DNA from: Trichoplax adhaerens
Lineage: Eukaryota; Animalia; Placozoa
Reading direction: 5' to 3'
Length of the DNA: 64,000 nucleotides
Assembly: GCF_000150275.1 (NCBI RefSeq)
Contig: NW_002060964.1
Coordinates: forward strand, 301,643-365,642
Shown here: one piece after another, positions 1 through 11,900 of the stretch
How the letters are laid out: every line of letters begins with the position of its first letter
Numbering within the stretch: the stretch's first letter is position 1
Position numbers and translations under genes: made by a program
Notes under the pieces: generated by a model
What the model was told of the DNA's origin: nothing
Database searches by the model: none
The model's input: only the letters and a program-made list of their open reading frames with translations

Positions 1-1061
1 ATCACCTTCGTGTCTATTTATAGTGGGCTCTCAATATAACCGTCGTTAAAAACGATAGCGGTCGATAGTAATTAAGCAAATACATCACGATATTTTTAAC
101 CACTTCTTGTTGGTTATAAATTTTTTTAATTATCTTACGTTCGTTTTCTGACCTCTTGGAGACTATACTATCTTTTTTAAATAATTATTATAGTCAATCT
201 TACAGTACAGTACAGCATATTGTTAAATATATCAGACATTGTTTGACCCCGTTTGTAGAATGAGGGTTAGTAAATTCATAGTGCAAGTTGATGGTGCATT
301 TGCCGAGGATATACAGTAAATAGAGTGCAAGATCGTGCTAGATAATACAAATACATGTATGCGTAGAGGTATTAAAATTATTTACAGTCTTTAGTATCAT
401 TCTATGTGATGGTATGATAGTTCATTTGTACTGTACTCCAACTTATATATACGATGAAGTATATATGATGTATCATATATATACCATATATAAAAAGTAG
501 CTAAAGGATGCATTTTCAGTAATTATGATCTCGTGAGACTATCATAGCGTATCTAAATATTAATTCGAACGGAATGCATTCCAGTTATTTTTTGTAAACC
601 GAATAAAAGCTGTTATCATCGACAATAAAATTAAACTTTATTATAGTCTACTAACTCTTTGATTGAGTAGTTCATATAAAATACGTGTATACGCTTACAG
701 CAGAGAGAATGAGATTAGCAAAATATTAGTACAACAATATGATGAGATTGCTTGATATCAATATCAAAGTTATGCGCGAAAATTAAATTAATTGAATTAA
801 TGAATGTCCACTTTGTTATAGTTAGTCCAAACAAGGTTAAATATGTGTATAGGATCAATTTTATACCAAAGTATCATTTAAATAAGATAGTATAGTCTCC
901 AAGAGGTCAGAAAACGAACGTAAGATAATTAAAAAAATTTATAACCAACAAGAAGAAGTGATTAAAAAATATCGAGATGTACTTGCTTAATTACTATCGA
1001 CCGCTATCGTTTTTAACGACGGTTATATTGAGAGCCCACTATAAATAGACACGAAGGTGAT
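1..1061. repeat. Long inverted repeat: arm 1..~182 pairs with ~876..1061 around a ~700 bp spacer; left arm is cut by the window edge
   Basis: atcaccttcgtgtctatttatagtgggctctc...cttggagactatactatc (1-172) is the near-perfect reverse complement of gatagtatagtctccaag...gagagcccactataaatagacacgaaggtgat (886-1061), with only a few mismatches and small indels. Confidence 0.95.
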
Positions 1062-1469
1062 CGTAAATTCTTGTAGACGTATAATAAAATAAACTAACTA
1101 TAAATAAATTAAAAGGGGAAGGATTGGCGAAAGAGTGAAATCTTTGCCTAATCACTCACATTCATTGTAAATGCTAATCCACAACTAGGATTACTACCTA
1201 TAATCTTATTTAGCCTTACTAGACTACGTATCGTTAAGCACAATTATTACCTAGAATTCGCTCTATTTAAGTATTAGGAATGTAAAATGAAACTTGAAGA
1301 ATAGCTTAACTAAAAACTGGACGAACCTGGACACTATGCCGTACTAATGAGAGTTGTAACAATTAAGATTACTGTAGTTGATGATATTCTACAGCACTCA
1401 GTGCAGAGTCATACGTTAACAATTCAGTCTACAAGCAGAAAGATGAGGATACAGCAATTATGCTAGCTT

Positions 1470-2576
1470 TTAGTCACCAAATTTATTCTGGCATTGTTTA
1501 ACAGCTGTTTCTATCTTCTGCTTAAATTCGTCGCTTGCTTTTCTACTTAGGATGACTTGCATACTTGCAGATAGAGTTATACTATCATTTCTCTTAATAC
1601 AATCTAGTACTTTATCCACTAAATTGTTTAGTCCACGAGAAGAATGATCTGTATAGAGATCATCTGGTGAGCGATGGGCAATAAATATGATTTTATACAA
1701 GTCTTGTAATGCTGCAGGATCATTCTGTAATTCGTGATATCTGCTAGGATCCTTAAATACATCAGCGTATTTTTTACAATCCTTAGAAAAGTACAGCTCG
1801 AACTTGTACGGTATCTCAAAATAGGTTAACCCTAATTCACGGGAAGAATTGCTGATAATGTGAGTAACAGATATTCTGTTGCATTCTTCCTCAGTTGGAA
1901 CAATATCGTGAATTAGGCTTCTAGTATAATAGCTAATTGAGGTGACTGTATCAAATTCAAGGCCGGCATGAAATAGTATTGCTACACCATCGTCTGCCAA
2001 TAAATCAGTAGCAACACTGTCTAGAAGATTAGTAACACCGTATCGGCCATTTTTATGTTGATCGCGTGCGTAGTAGACCGAGTGAGAGAGATAGACAAGA
2101 TTAAATCGATTCATTGATTCTTTGATCTCTTCATCTGTATACAACAGGTGCGCGACATCAACTTCCAACATATCGCCAAAGTTTACTTGGTAATTCTTTA
2201 ACGGGATCACCTGTGATTGTTTAGCTTTCGAGAAAGTTTCGTTAGCTAGTCCTTTTTCTCCTTCGGAAGTGGCATTCTTCACTGAAGACTGATGTGTACC
2301 GGCGAATTGGGCAAGCTTATCCATTGCTCTAATATCTAATCCTCCTTTAAATTCAATATTATTTAAGTAAGTAATGGTAGCTTCTCCATCTCCACAGCCG
2401 ATATCGCCAACTAGAGTAACTTGATCCTGACGATAGAACAAGCCTAAATCTTGAAGTTGTTTTAAGAAAGTATGATTTAATCGAGACAATCTCTCATGAT
2501 CATTGTTGCAACTCTTGTAGGCAAGAAAAGCTTTATCATATTGGAAAATATCAGTTCTAATTGCATGTTCCTCCAT
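1470..2576 (-). CDS. Intronless class I SAM-dependent methyltransferase, HNMT-like (paralog 1)
   Basis: 368-aa ORF; SAM motif I VGDIGCGDG; acidic motif II IRAMD; RFNLVYLSHSVYY resembles HNMT KWDFIHMIQMLYY; N-terminal YDKAFLAYKSCNNDH resembles HNMT YVESFRRFLNHSTEH. Confidence 0.9.
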   Translation of the reverse strand: MEEHAIRTDIFQYDKAFLAYKSCNNDHERLSRLNHTFLKQLQDLGLFYRQDQVTLVGDIGCGDGEATITYLNNIEFKGGLDIRAMDKLAQFAGTHQSSVKNATSEGEKGLANETFSKAKQSQVIPLKNYQVNFGDMLEVDVAHLLYTDEEIKESMNRFNLVYLSHSVYYARDQHKNGRYGVTNLLDSVATDLLADDGVAILFHAGLEFDTVTSISYYTRSLIHDIVPTEEECNRISVTHIISNSSRELGLTYFEIPYKFELYFSKDCKKYADVFKDPSRYHELQNDPAALQDLYKIIFIAHRSPDDLYTDHSSRGLNNLVDKVLDCIKRNDSITLSASMQVILSRKASDEFKQKIETAVKQCQNKFGD

Positions 2577-2851
2577 GGTTTCTACTGCTCATTTCTTTAG
2601 TACACGTGCAAGTCCAATGTCAGTTTATTAACAAGCAACCGATGTCTTTGCAGCCTAACAAGTCCTTAGCAAACAGTTAGTAACCAGTTGACAAGGGCTA
2701 ATACCTTTGTTGCGCTACATTGATTTGAACAAAGCACCACTGCTATTGCAAAATTATTCTTTTTGGAATCAATAAGCCTGCATAAAATCATCATAACAAG
2801 AGAATATTTGCTCAAGCTATTCTTCGTGTTCAATAATACAGTACTAGTATT

Positions 2852-3005
2852 AATTCATCATTTCTAGATAGGTGTCCGGCCATCCGTTTTCAGGTGGCGT
2901 GCTGGGTATAATTCATCATTTCCAGGTGGGTGTCCGGCCATCCGTTTTCAAGTGGCGGTGCAATTCATCATTTCCAGATGGGTGTCCGGCCATCCGTTTT
3001 CAAGT
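2852..3005. repeat. Tandem repeat, 3 copies of a ~52-58 bp unit
   Basis: aattcatcattt(c/t)(c/t)ag..ggtgtccggccatccgttttca(a/g)gt starting at 2852, 2910 and 2962. Confidence 0.95.
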
Positions 3006-3072
3006 TAGAGGGCAAAGCACTTTGATGAAGGTAATAGTAATTTAGTGTACAGTTCGAAACAGACGTACGAGA

Positions 3073-3530
3073 TATACCATTGTATAGGGAAGTTTCTAAC
3101 CTCAAAATCAGCTGAAAAGCGGACATTTACATCAATTAGAAAAATTGAATAATGTAATATTTTGGATTAAAATTCAAGTTGTATACTTTCAAGCTATCAT
3201 TGATTGATCGCTAAGCCACAAAATAATCCAGATTTGATATCGACAATGTAGTTTCAATCGGCATGGAAGGGGTGCGATTGGCAAAATTTCCTTTACAAAA
3301 TGGCCCAAAACCATGTAAAATCGTGCCAATCGCCATCCTTCGAGATTGATTGAAACTATATTGTCGGTATCAAATATAGATTTTTTTACACTTAGCGATC
3401 AGTCAATGATTACCTTAAAAGGAGGCAGCTTAGATTTCACTACGTTATTCAATTCAATCATTCTAATTGATGTCAATGTCCGCTTTTAAGCTGTTTTTAA
3501 GGTTAGGAAACTTGCGTACACGGTGGCTAT
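3073..3530. mobile_element. Degenerate foldback/MITE-like palindromic element (~450 bp)
   Basis: The two halves are reverse complements about a centre near 3300, e.g. aagtttctaacctcaaaatcagctgaaaagcggacatttacatcaattaga vs tctaattgatgtcaatgtccgcttttaagctgtttttaaggttaggaaactt, and atcattgattgatcgctaag vs cttagcgatcagtcaatgat. Confidence 0.75.
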
Positions 3531-3667
3531 AAAGCGTGCCATACCGTTGCGGAAGATCAATTTTGTTCACCAAGGCATCTAAATATTACTTTCTTCAGTA
3601 TACAACGTTACGACTGACTGAGTTACAAACTGCATCAAATGTAAATTAGAGGTTCAACGGGCGTCAA

Positions 3668-3880
3668 AGTACAGTACGGTACACTACAGTACTGTACTGT
3701 ACTGTACGTACAGTACAGTATAGTACGTACAATGCACAGTACTGAACATTGTAACGTACAGTGCACAGCACTGTAAATGGTTGTGATTGGAGCTAACTTG
3801 TACGCACGCGCGAATCCGTCTACAGTATTTACCATGGCGATGCTGTAGTTTGTACTGTACGGTACAGCACAGGACTGTAA
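3668..3880. repeat. CAGTA/TACTG pentamer low-complexity tract
   Basis: gtacagtacggtacactacagtactgtactgtactgtacgtacagtacagta...; it accounts for the C/T/V/Y-rich ORFs at 3635-3917. Confidence 0.9.
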
Positions 3881-4449
3881 TATTGCTTGCCGATGGCGAT
3901 GCGCCTACCTCAAGCAATCAAGCACTAGCAGGTAGCAATATCACGTTGAATTTATAAATTTGAATGCCGCTTGTCCACTCATCTCAAGAAAGAACCCAAC
4001 ATCTGCATTCTGTGGGTGCATACTCTAGTATTAATTAGTGATCCATTTTAGCCATAATTGAAGGTGAAAAATTACTGGAAAGTCAAAGTTGATCAAGCTT
4101 AAACCGAGTAAGTGATTCTGTTTCAGCATGGATTTAGCCAAGTGATTCATAGAAAACTGAGGCGATGACTGCCAATGGAAATACCTGCCATTGATTCATT
4201 TCTTTTTTACAATTCATCAGTTACCTTCATTTTTGCTATCAATTAATATTTCAAGTATAATTACTGTGCAAGATTTTAATATCGACTCTCTAAAATACGA
4301 GTACATACAGTAGCTAAAGATTATAGATTAAATTATTGCATACAGTAGGTTACCTCGGGTAACTTTGATCGAACGTCGCACATAGACATGCACTTTGAAT
4401 TAACCTACTCCTCTTCCTATTGTTTTATTCTAGACGATAGGCATACGTG

Positions 4450-7400
4450 ATGGATATCCAAACAGAATCATTAGCTCAGACTTTTATGCAATTGCTGAAA
4501 GAACGTTTACTACAAGGTAACCTTGAGTACAAGTTGAATCACAGTAATCGACTACAATTCATTTAATTTGCAAGTAATGTAACCGTCATTGCTAACGCTA
4601 ACTCGTACCGTAAGCATCGGCCCATTTACCCATTTTCATCATTTGACATTATAGCGGATCGGATACTAACAAATGATCAATTACGAGAGCGGTTTCGTAG
4701 TGGAATCTCTTCTTTGCCTGATGGGGAAATCAAGAAACAATTGCAGGAGAATTTCAATAGTTTAGCGGAAGAGTTATGCAGGTCTTAGTTTTCAAATAGA
4801 ATTAGTAATATCTTTGCATCATTTAGGATGCACTTTTATTCATTATTACTCTGAATGATTACGCATGGATTTTGTTGCATTTTGATAACTGATGGATACG
4901 TAGATCGATATGTATTATTCAGGCATAAAGTAAGGAAACAATCATCTTCGCAGTTTTTACTTTTGCAATCGTAATCTATGCTATGAAATTGGAGGAGATT
5001 CTATACCACTTGATTGATCTGCCATTTTCTTGCTATTCTATAGACTATTTCACCAAGACAATCAAGAAAGGCTTCAATTGGTAACGTTATTCTATAAACT
5101 GATTATTATACTTTCATACACAATGATTAAGCCGTAGATTTGCCAATTAGAGTGCTTTTTCAATTTGTAACACTGCTTCCTATCCGATTACAGCAATTGC
5201 AAGCGCGTATACTAAAGGGTAAAGAATATGAAGCTATCGTCGATCTTATAATGCGAGGGCTGAAAGATAATGAAAGCAAAGAAAATTATCGTAAGCATAC
5301 CCTGATTAAATTTAGCATGTGTGTAAATCAAAAACTGCTGCAATGCGATTTATTAATACCATTATGACATCATACAATATTTCAAGACATTCATACAGTC
5401 ATTTTCGAAATTTTTCATGACTGTATTAAATAGAGTAGAATTGTGACAATATAAGAAATGATATGGGTGTCACATAGTCACTATTATTCGCCGACTAATT
5501 TGCTATCTAGTTGCGTTGATCTTCGTAAATAAAGCTCTACTGATCTATGTATTACCTGTAACAATTAATAGATAACAAATAACCAGTGCTTTAACTAATA
5601 ACTTTCCTCATTTCTTATTACTATTAAGTTCTAGGATTATTTGAATCTGATATCAATTCCGAAGCTATATCGCTAGTGGTTTCATCTCTTGCGCAGATAT
5701 ATGTAACTCAATTGTTAATTTTATACGTCTAACTTTTTAACAAATTAAATCTATAATTAATTGGCTATTGTTAAAGCTAAATCATTTATCGCATTAATCA
5801 AAAGATAAAAGACTTGCTAAAAATTTTGTTGGATAACTCAATAGAAAGAAACTTATGAAGACTCCATGGATGCAACTGCGAAATTACTAACAACAACTAT
5901 AAATAGGTTATATACCATGGAGGATATACAGGTAAACTTTTTGGTATACAGCACAGCATTTATAGATCCTTGATTGGAACTATAAGGCTTTTAGAATGTT
6001 ACTTACTTAAATATGAGTAGATGTTTGATTATGTATGTCACTGAATTTGCTTAATATTGATGACAGGACTTTTTACCAATTATGGCAGCCCTATTAAAGT
6101 AAGTCGAACGATCCCGTATTTACTTTTTGCTAAATTGTTATGTTGAGGTTACTTGTAGTGTTGATTTCATCTTGTTACCTTATCTAGAGAGGTAATTGTT
6201 GAGTCTACGGAATACCTAACCAAAGCTTTTTCTCCACAAACCTTGGAGCATATGGAAGAACTAAGGAGCAAGCTATCCAAATTTATAACATTAATTCATT
6301 TTAAATTCGGAAACTATGTAAGATCTGAACAAAACATCCGCGATTTGCAATCTTTATATCAATAAATTAAGTCTTAGCCTCACTTTATTCGTTAGATTAA
6401 ATATGACGCAGATGCAACTATTCGTATTAAGTATCTGGATATCATCTCGGCCTATCTATCGCTGTATATAGACTTGGATATTTGCACTTCCAGGCAAGCA
6501 ACGCTTAACAAAATTCTAAACGTGCGAGCACTAATTACCTTTATTTGTTCTTATAGCAAAAACTACGACGGTAACAATCAACAGTTATCGGTAACTGCAT
6601 TAAATTTTACTTTACGGACCATAAGTAAGTGCTGATGAAAATTAACGGTTAATCAAACCGTTAAACTATGCCAGATTGTTATTCTTAAATAAATATTTAG
6701 TTTTTTACAGCTATTGCAACAATGCTCTTCTGACGCTTACAGGTTGTTGTCCGGAATTCCTTTTCGATGTCATCCTGCAATCTACTGTGGTTGATAAACG
6801 GAAACTATTACCACTAATAAAGTATCTCAGACTGTTTAAGCATTAGTTGCAATTATCCGTGTTGCATATTTTGTATTAATTCGGGCTATTGATCGCTCCC
6901 TTAGGCAAGCCATTTTGTTGAAACCTGATTTGCAAGATTGTACTGCCTATGTCAAGTAATAGACATTCCCCGTACATTTTTAAATATAACCTTAACCCTA
7001 AGCTTTAATGTCTATATTACTAATGACGACTTGAATTCCTCAGGTATATCTGTGTACATCGTTTAGGACGAACGTTTGAAAAAGAAATACTTGACATTAA
7101 GAAATATGTATGAGCTGCATATTAAAATTATAGTTATGATATTTTGGAGATTAAGTCTTCGAAATGGTAATTTACGATGTGTGTATCAATTTAAACATAG
7201 GTATCAGCAGTCATTGATGCGCCGACGAATTTTCATGATTGGTTAAGCCGTAAAGACAAACAGTAATGATTCTGTTTTAATGTATAAAGACTGCTATCGT
7301 TCAATACAGTTTTTAGCAGTATTGCTATAAACTTTTCGGTTATGACCCTGCGTTTTTATAGATTATTGGAAACAATCTTTATTAAGGAGACTTGGACAAG

Positions 7401-8531
7401 ATCAAAAGTGTCCGACTATTTATTACATAATATGCCCGAGGACGTTACTGAACAGCTATTAAATGTATGAAATTAATTTAGTCTCTTTGTTTAAAATATA
7501 AAAAATAGATATCTGTTGATAATGGTATATTAAACGCAATACAATCTACCTAAATCAATAGTTAGCTGTAGAAGAAGAAGTACAAGTTGAAAGCCATGAG
7601 GAACAGCCGGGTGATTTGTTCTTTGAGGATAAATCTGCAGATATTAAAATAGCCGCTGAGGAGGAGGTAAAAGTATCGTTTGACTTCAGTAGAATAGGAT
7701 ACCCGGTTAAATTTTAAAATTGTATCGTTTACCTTATTATGAATATCGATATTATAGTTTAGTGATACAAGCAGTCAGAAATCTGCCAAAGATACAGATG
7801 CTGAAGAAAACGAGGTTAGAGTTAGCTATGAAGTCATTTGAAATAGTATCTTCAATTAAGACTTCTACGTTTAATACTGCATCGAAATATGCTTGTGTAA
7901 TAAATGCGATGGTAATAGTAGATAATTGTATTATTTACTTTTTGGCGTAGAAAGACTCAGAGATCTCTGATGATATATCTGCGAAAATATCATCAGACGA
8001 AAGTGACAATGAATATGTAGGCAGTATCCTACGCAAGACAAATGATGCACAAGAATTCGAAGGCAATAGTGATCAGTTAAAATCGTCTCCATCAATAAAC
8101 GGTAATAAAGGCAACAATGAGGAATGTATCTTGAAAGATGATGAACAACGGAAACACAATAAGACTGTAGAAGCCAAAGAGGTCAAGGACCAAATCGGTA
8201 CAACAACTAAGAATGGCAAACAACCGACTGCAGATACTTCAAGGGATGATGAGAGTAACCTTAAGAAATTAAAGTCTGGCTCTAGGAAAAGGAAAATTCA
8301 ACCCAATATCATGCTCAAGGATAATATGCATCAGGAAGAAAGTATGCAAGGTATGCAGATTACGATTTGGTTTACTGTTTTGACATTGTAAAAGTATAGA
8401 AAATTAGTTTGGTGTTCTAATGGACACAGCATCTATTGCTCGATACAGTTGAAACATGTATACTTTTTATTATACTTTCAGGGCAAAAGAGAATCACTCG
8501 CTCTTATTCTTTAAGAAATAAACGTCATTAA
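4450..8531 (+). CDS. Uncharacterised multi-exon (~20 exons) protein, helical body with acidic/basic low-complexity tail
   Basis: Chain of GT-AG-bounded exons, mostly phase-compatible: MDIQTESLAQTFMQLLKERLLQ; QLQARILKGKEYEAIVDLIMRGL; LLGLFESDINSEAISLVVSSLAQIY; YCNNALLTLTGCCPEFLFDVILQ; LLETIFIKETWTRSKVSDYLLHN; EEEVQVESHEEQPGDLFFEDK; last exon GQKRITRSYSLRNKRH-TAA at 8531. The start codon and one early junction are uncertain. Confidence 0.75.
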
Positions 8532-10252
8532 ATGTAATTTGGATCTTATGAAATAGTTATAGAGTCATGTTATAAGAGAAAAAAAGGATATTTTGGCTGG
8601 CATATGAAATCCATAAATTGATTTTGTTTTATTGATTATATCTTGAATGCCTTATGTATAAAGTGATGCCTCAACTGTTTTAAATAATGATATGTATTCA
8701 ATTTTTTATGTTTAGCAAAAAACTACAATAAAGATACTTGATTTGTAATTCTGTAACACATTGTCTACTTTCGAACACTAACGCAAACACTTTTCACGAT
8801 TATTTACTCTGGTACAAAATTTAGCTATATTAGGCTTGATTTACTGCCAAATTTTATGCTATAGTGATATAATTTATGCCTTAAAGTGATTTATGAAATT
8901 ACTGCGAATTTGTACAGTAGTTATTATACCATAAGTACGGTATGTTAAGGTTAAATATATATTTCATATTAGATTAGTAAAATAAGTTCCATTGGAACCG
9001 AGTGCTAATATAGTTTAGTGTGCATTTACTTGCCACAGTTTTGTATATGGCTTGATATGACGGTTCTATTATAATAATATATATACAAACGGTATTAACA
9101 TATTAAACATAATGCAGATGTTTATATATATATGTTCCGGCTAAAACCTGAATTGGGGCTATTTTGTACAATTATCTTTGCGATTAAATAGGACGTGCAA
9201 TTGTGTATCCGGTTTAGCTACGTGATTATGTCATATCGGATACAGTCAATGGATAGGCTTGGTAAGGAAAGCTTTGACTTTATCAATGTTCTGCTTAGTA
9301 ATTTCGTAGAATAAATTAATGGAGTATATAACATTCTACAGTAATACAGATATCTATAATGGTAATAAACAATTCCTTGCAAAGAATGTTTCTTGCCTTC
9401 TATAAACAATATTATTGACTGTCATCCATGGATCATAGACGACTATCATACAAGCTCTAATCCTTTAGGCGTTTTAGAATTTTTACAGGTAGAATTGTAA
9501 ACCGGGATTCTAGTTCTCATGTCTCATATACCGTTGCAGTACTCTGCAGGTAAAAAGCAGCCGAAAAGTAAAATATCATGATCGCAAAACACCGATATGC
9601 AAAGTGCAGTATTGTATTCTGTATAAAAACGCGAAACTGCATTTTGTCTACTCTACTGTAATTTCAAGTTTATGGTGCAATGGACTGCAATAGTTTAAGT
9701 TAATTGATCAAGTTGACTAGTTGAGTAAACATTTGCAGTACTCCATCGATGGCTGTACAAGATTTTTGGCCAATTCAATGATAACTCAATGTTTAACTTG
9801 TCCCGGCATATTGTTTAGGCTCTCTTCCATAGTGGAACAAGAAAAGCCCTTTTCCTTTTTATTTCGACAGTACTATACTTTGATCCCTTGGGAAACAGCA
9901 TGCAGTCAACGGTTGTGTACAGTACATGCAGTATCGTGGACTCGACTGTCCTCGAGCACCAACTGGACTAGCAATCATTAGACTGTACTAGACTGTACTA
10001 GACTGTACTGCTGGACAATCTGTAAAAATGAGATTTTCTGACCAAGCTAAGTCTTGAATAATTAATGAAGTCAAAATAAAAGACTCCATACGCCCTAAGG
10101 GCCTACTACGTTATTGTCATTTATGAGAAGTCGATATGTCGGTTAGCTGATTATAAAATTGGAAGAGTGTAGTAAGTGTACGCCCCACCGGCACGCCTTA
10201 TCACAGATCGACGGCATTTGGGATTGGTACTGAAGGAAATAGCAGCATAACC

Positions 10253-11368
10253 ATGGAGGGACAAACGATTAGAACTGATATTTTTGAATATGATAAAGCG
10301 TTTCTTGGCTATAAGAGTCGCAATAATGATCATCAGTTATTATCTCTATTAAATCACTCATTCTTAAAAGAACTTGAAAGTGATGGCTTGTTTCGTCGTG
10401 AGGATCAACCAACTATAGTCGGCGATATTGGCTGTGGAGACGCAGATGCAATTATCCGTTACCTGCAAAATGTAGAATTTAAAGGAGGATTAGATATTAG
10501 AGCTATAGACAAACATCCAGTGTTTGCCGGTATCGATCAATCTACAGATGAGAAAGGAAATAGCAAAAAGGAAAAAGGCCTAGCAGAAGAAAATTTCTCC
10601 AAGGTTGAACAAGCACAGACTATCCCATTAAAGAGTTTTCAAGTTAAATATGGCGATATTTTGCAGGATGATGTTGTGCAGTTACTGCTTCGAGATGAGG
10701 AAATGAAAACTTCAATGAATCGATTTAATCTTGTCTTTATGTCTCATGCAGTCTACTACGCCCGTGGCCAACATAAAAATGGTCGCTATGGCGTGACCAA
10801 TCTTGTAGATAGCGTTGCAAGCAATTTATTGTCAGACGATGGCGTTGCAATACTATTCCATACTAGCCTTTCACCAGTTCCTCACTCATATTTGGCAAGA
10901 GCTTACTATACTAGAGGGGTAATTGAAAATGAGACTCCAACCGAGGAAGAATATAAGAGTTTATCGGTTGATTACATCATTAGGAGCTCGTGCAATGAAT
11001 TAGGATTAACTTATTTTGAGATACCGTACACGTTTAAGCTATTCCAATCTAAGGAATATAAAAAATACAGTGATATCTACAAAGATCCCAGCAGATATCA
11101 CGAATTGCAGGGCAATGCTATCGCCCTACAGGGTTTGTACGCTACCATATTTATTGGTCACCGCTCACCGGATAATATGCACGCTGATCAATCTCCTCGT
11201 GGACTAAACCATGTTGTGGACAAAGTGATTGATGCTATAGACAATAATGATGGCTTTGAAGTAGTTTCGTGTATGCAAATCATCCTAAGCAGAAAAGCAA
11301 GCGATGAATTTAAGCAGAAGATTGAAAAAGCTGTGAAAATATGTCAGAATAAACTTTGTGACTCGTAG
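10253..11368 (+). CDS. Intronless HNMT-like SAM methyltransferase (paralog 2)
   Basis: 371-aa ORF colinear with paralog 1; VGDIGCGDAD; RFNLVFMSHAVYY; shared C-terminal ILSRKASDEFKQKIE. Confidence 0.9.
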   Translation: MEGQTIRTDIFEYDKAFLGYKSRNNDHQLLSLLNHSFLKELESDGLFRREDQPTIVGDIGCGDADAIIRYLQNVEFKGGLDIRAIDKHPVFAGIDQSTDEKGNSKKEKGLAEENFSKVEQAQTIPLKSFQVKYGDILQDDVVQLLLRDEEMKTSMNRFNLVFMSHAVYYARGQHKNGRYGVTNLVDSVASNLLSDDGVAILFHTSLSPVPHSYLARAYYTRGVIENETPTEEEYKSLSVDYIIRSSCNELGLTYFEIPYTFKLFQSKEYKKYSDIYKDPSRYHELQGNAIALQGLYATIFIGHRSPDNMHADQSPRGLNHVVDKVIDAIDNNDGFEVVSCMQIILSRKASDEFKQKIEKAVKICQNKLCDS

Positions 11369-11750
11369 TTAGCATCATTCCTATTCTTGCTTGAAATAAT
11401 CGTTAAGATTGATAGAGTTTTCACTAATTTCGTATTATGATAATTAATTGCATTCAAAGATAGTGATGGATCCCCCCAATTTATAAGCTCTTAGTAACCA
11501 CTTCTTATTGAATCCTAATTTAAATTTTCGATCTATTTTACTGGATGTCTATTTTTCTACGTCACCAAGAGTGAGATTAATTAGACACTAACCTGATGCT
11601 CTTGTCATTACTACATTTGATTTCTTCCCCCTTATATAGGTTACAAGCATCCATAAGACCGATTTTGTCTTTAAGACTGTGAACTGATATTTCTACCAAT
11701 AGTGACTGTTTTGCATGTATTACCGTACGATATAATATTATTGACTACAG

Positions 11751-11900
11751 CGTTCAGAGATGGAAGATGTTGTCACCATGAGTAACTGGCATTCAAGGTA
11801 AGTGTGATTGCTACGACAGCAGCTACTGCCGGTATCCTGATATTGGTAGGAGAAATCGGGTAAAGTTATGCAACATGCCGATTATGTTCGGTATCTATCA
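11751..11900 (+). pseudogene. Frameshifted Cys-rich fragment resembling a TNFR cysteine-rich domain (relic A)
   Basis: After a cag acceptor: FRDGRCCHH /shift/ VTGIQGKCDCYDSSYCRYPDIGRRNRVKLCN /shift/ CRLCS; two frameshifts are needed. Confidence 0.3.

Noticed and set aside
2852-3005. CRISPR-like appearance of the three repeats
   Set aside because: Intervening sequences are only ~8-14 bp and related to each other; eukaryotic context; no cas genes
3635-3917. Cys/Tyr-rich ORFs (also 61096-61595)
   Set aside because: Translations of the CAGTA microsatellite
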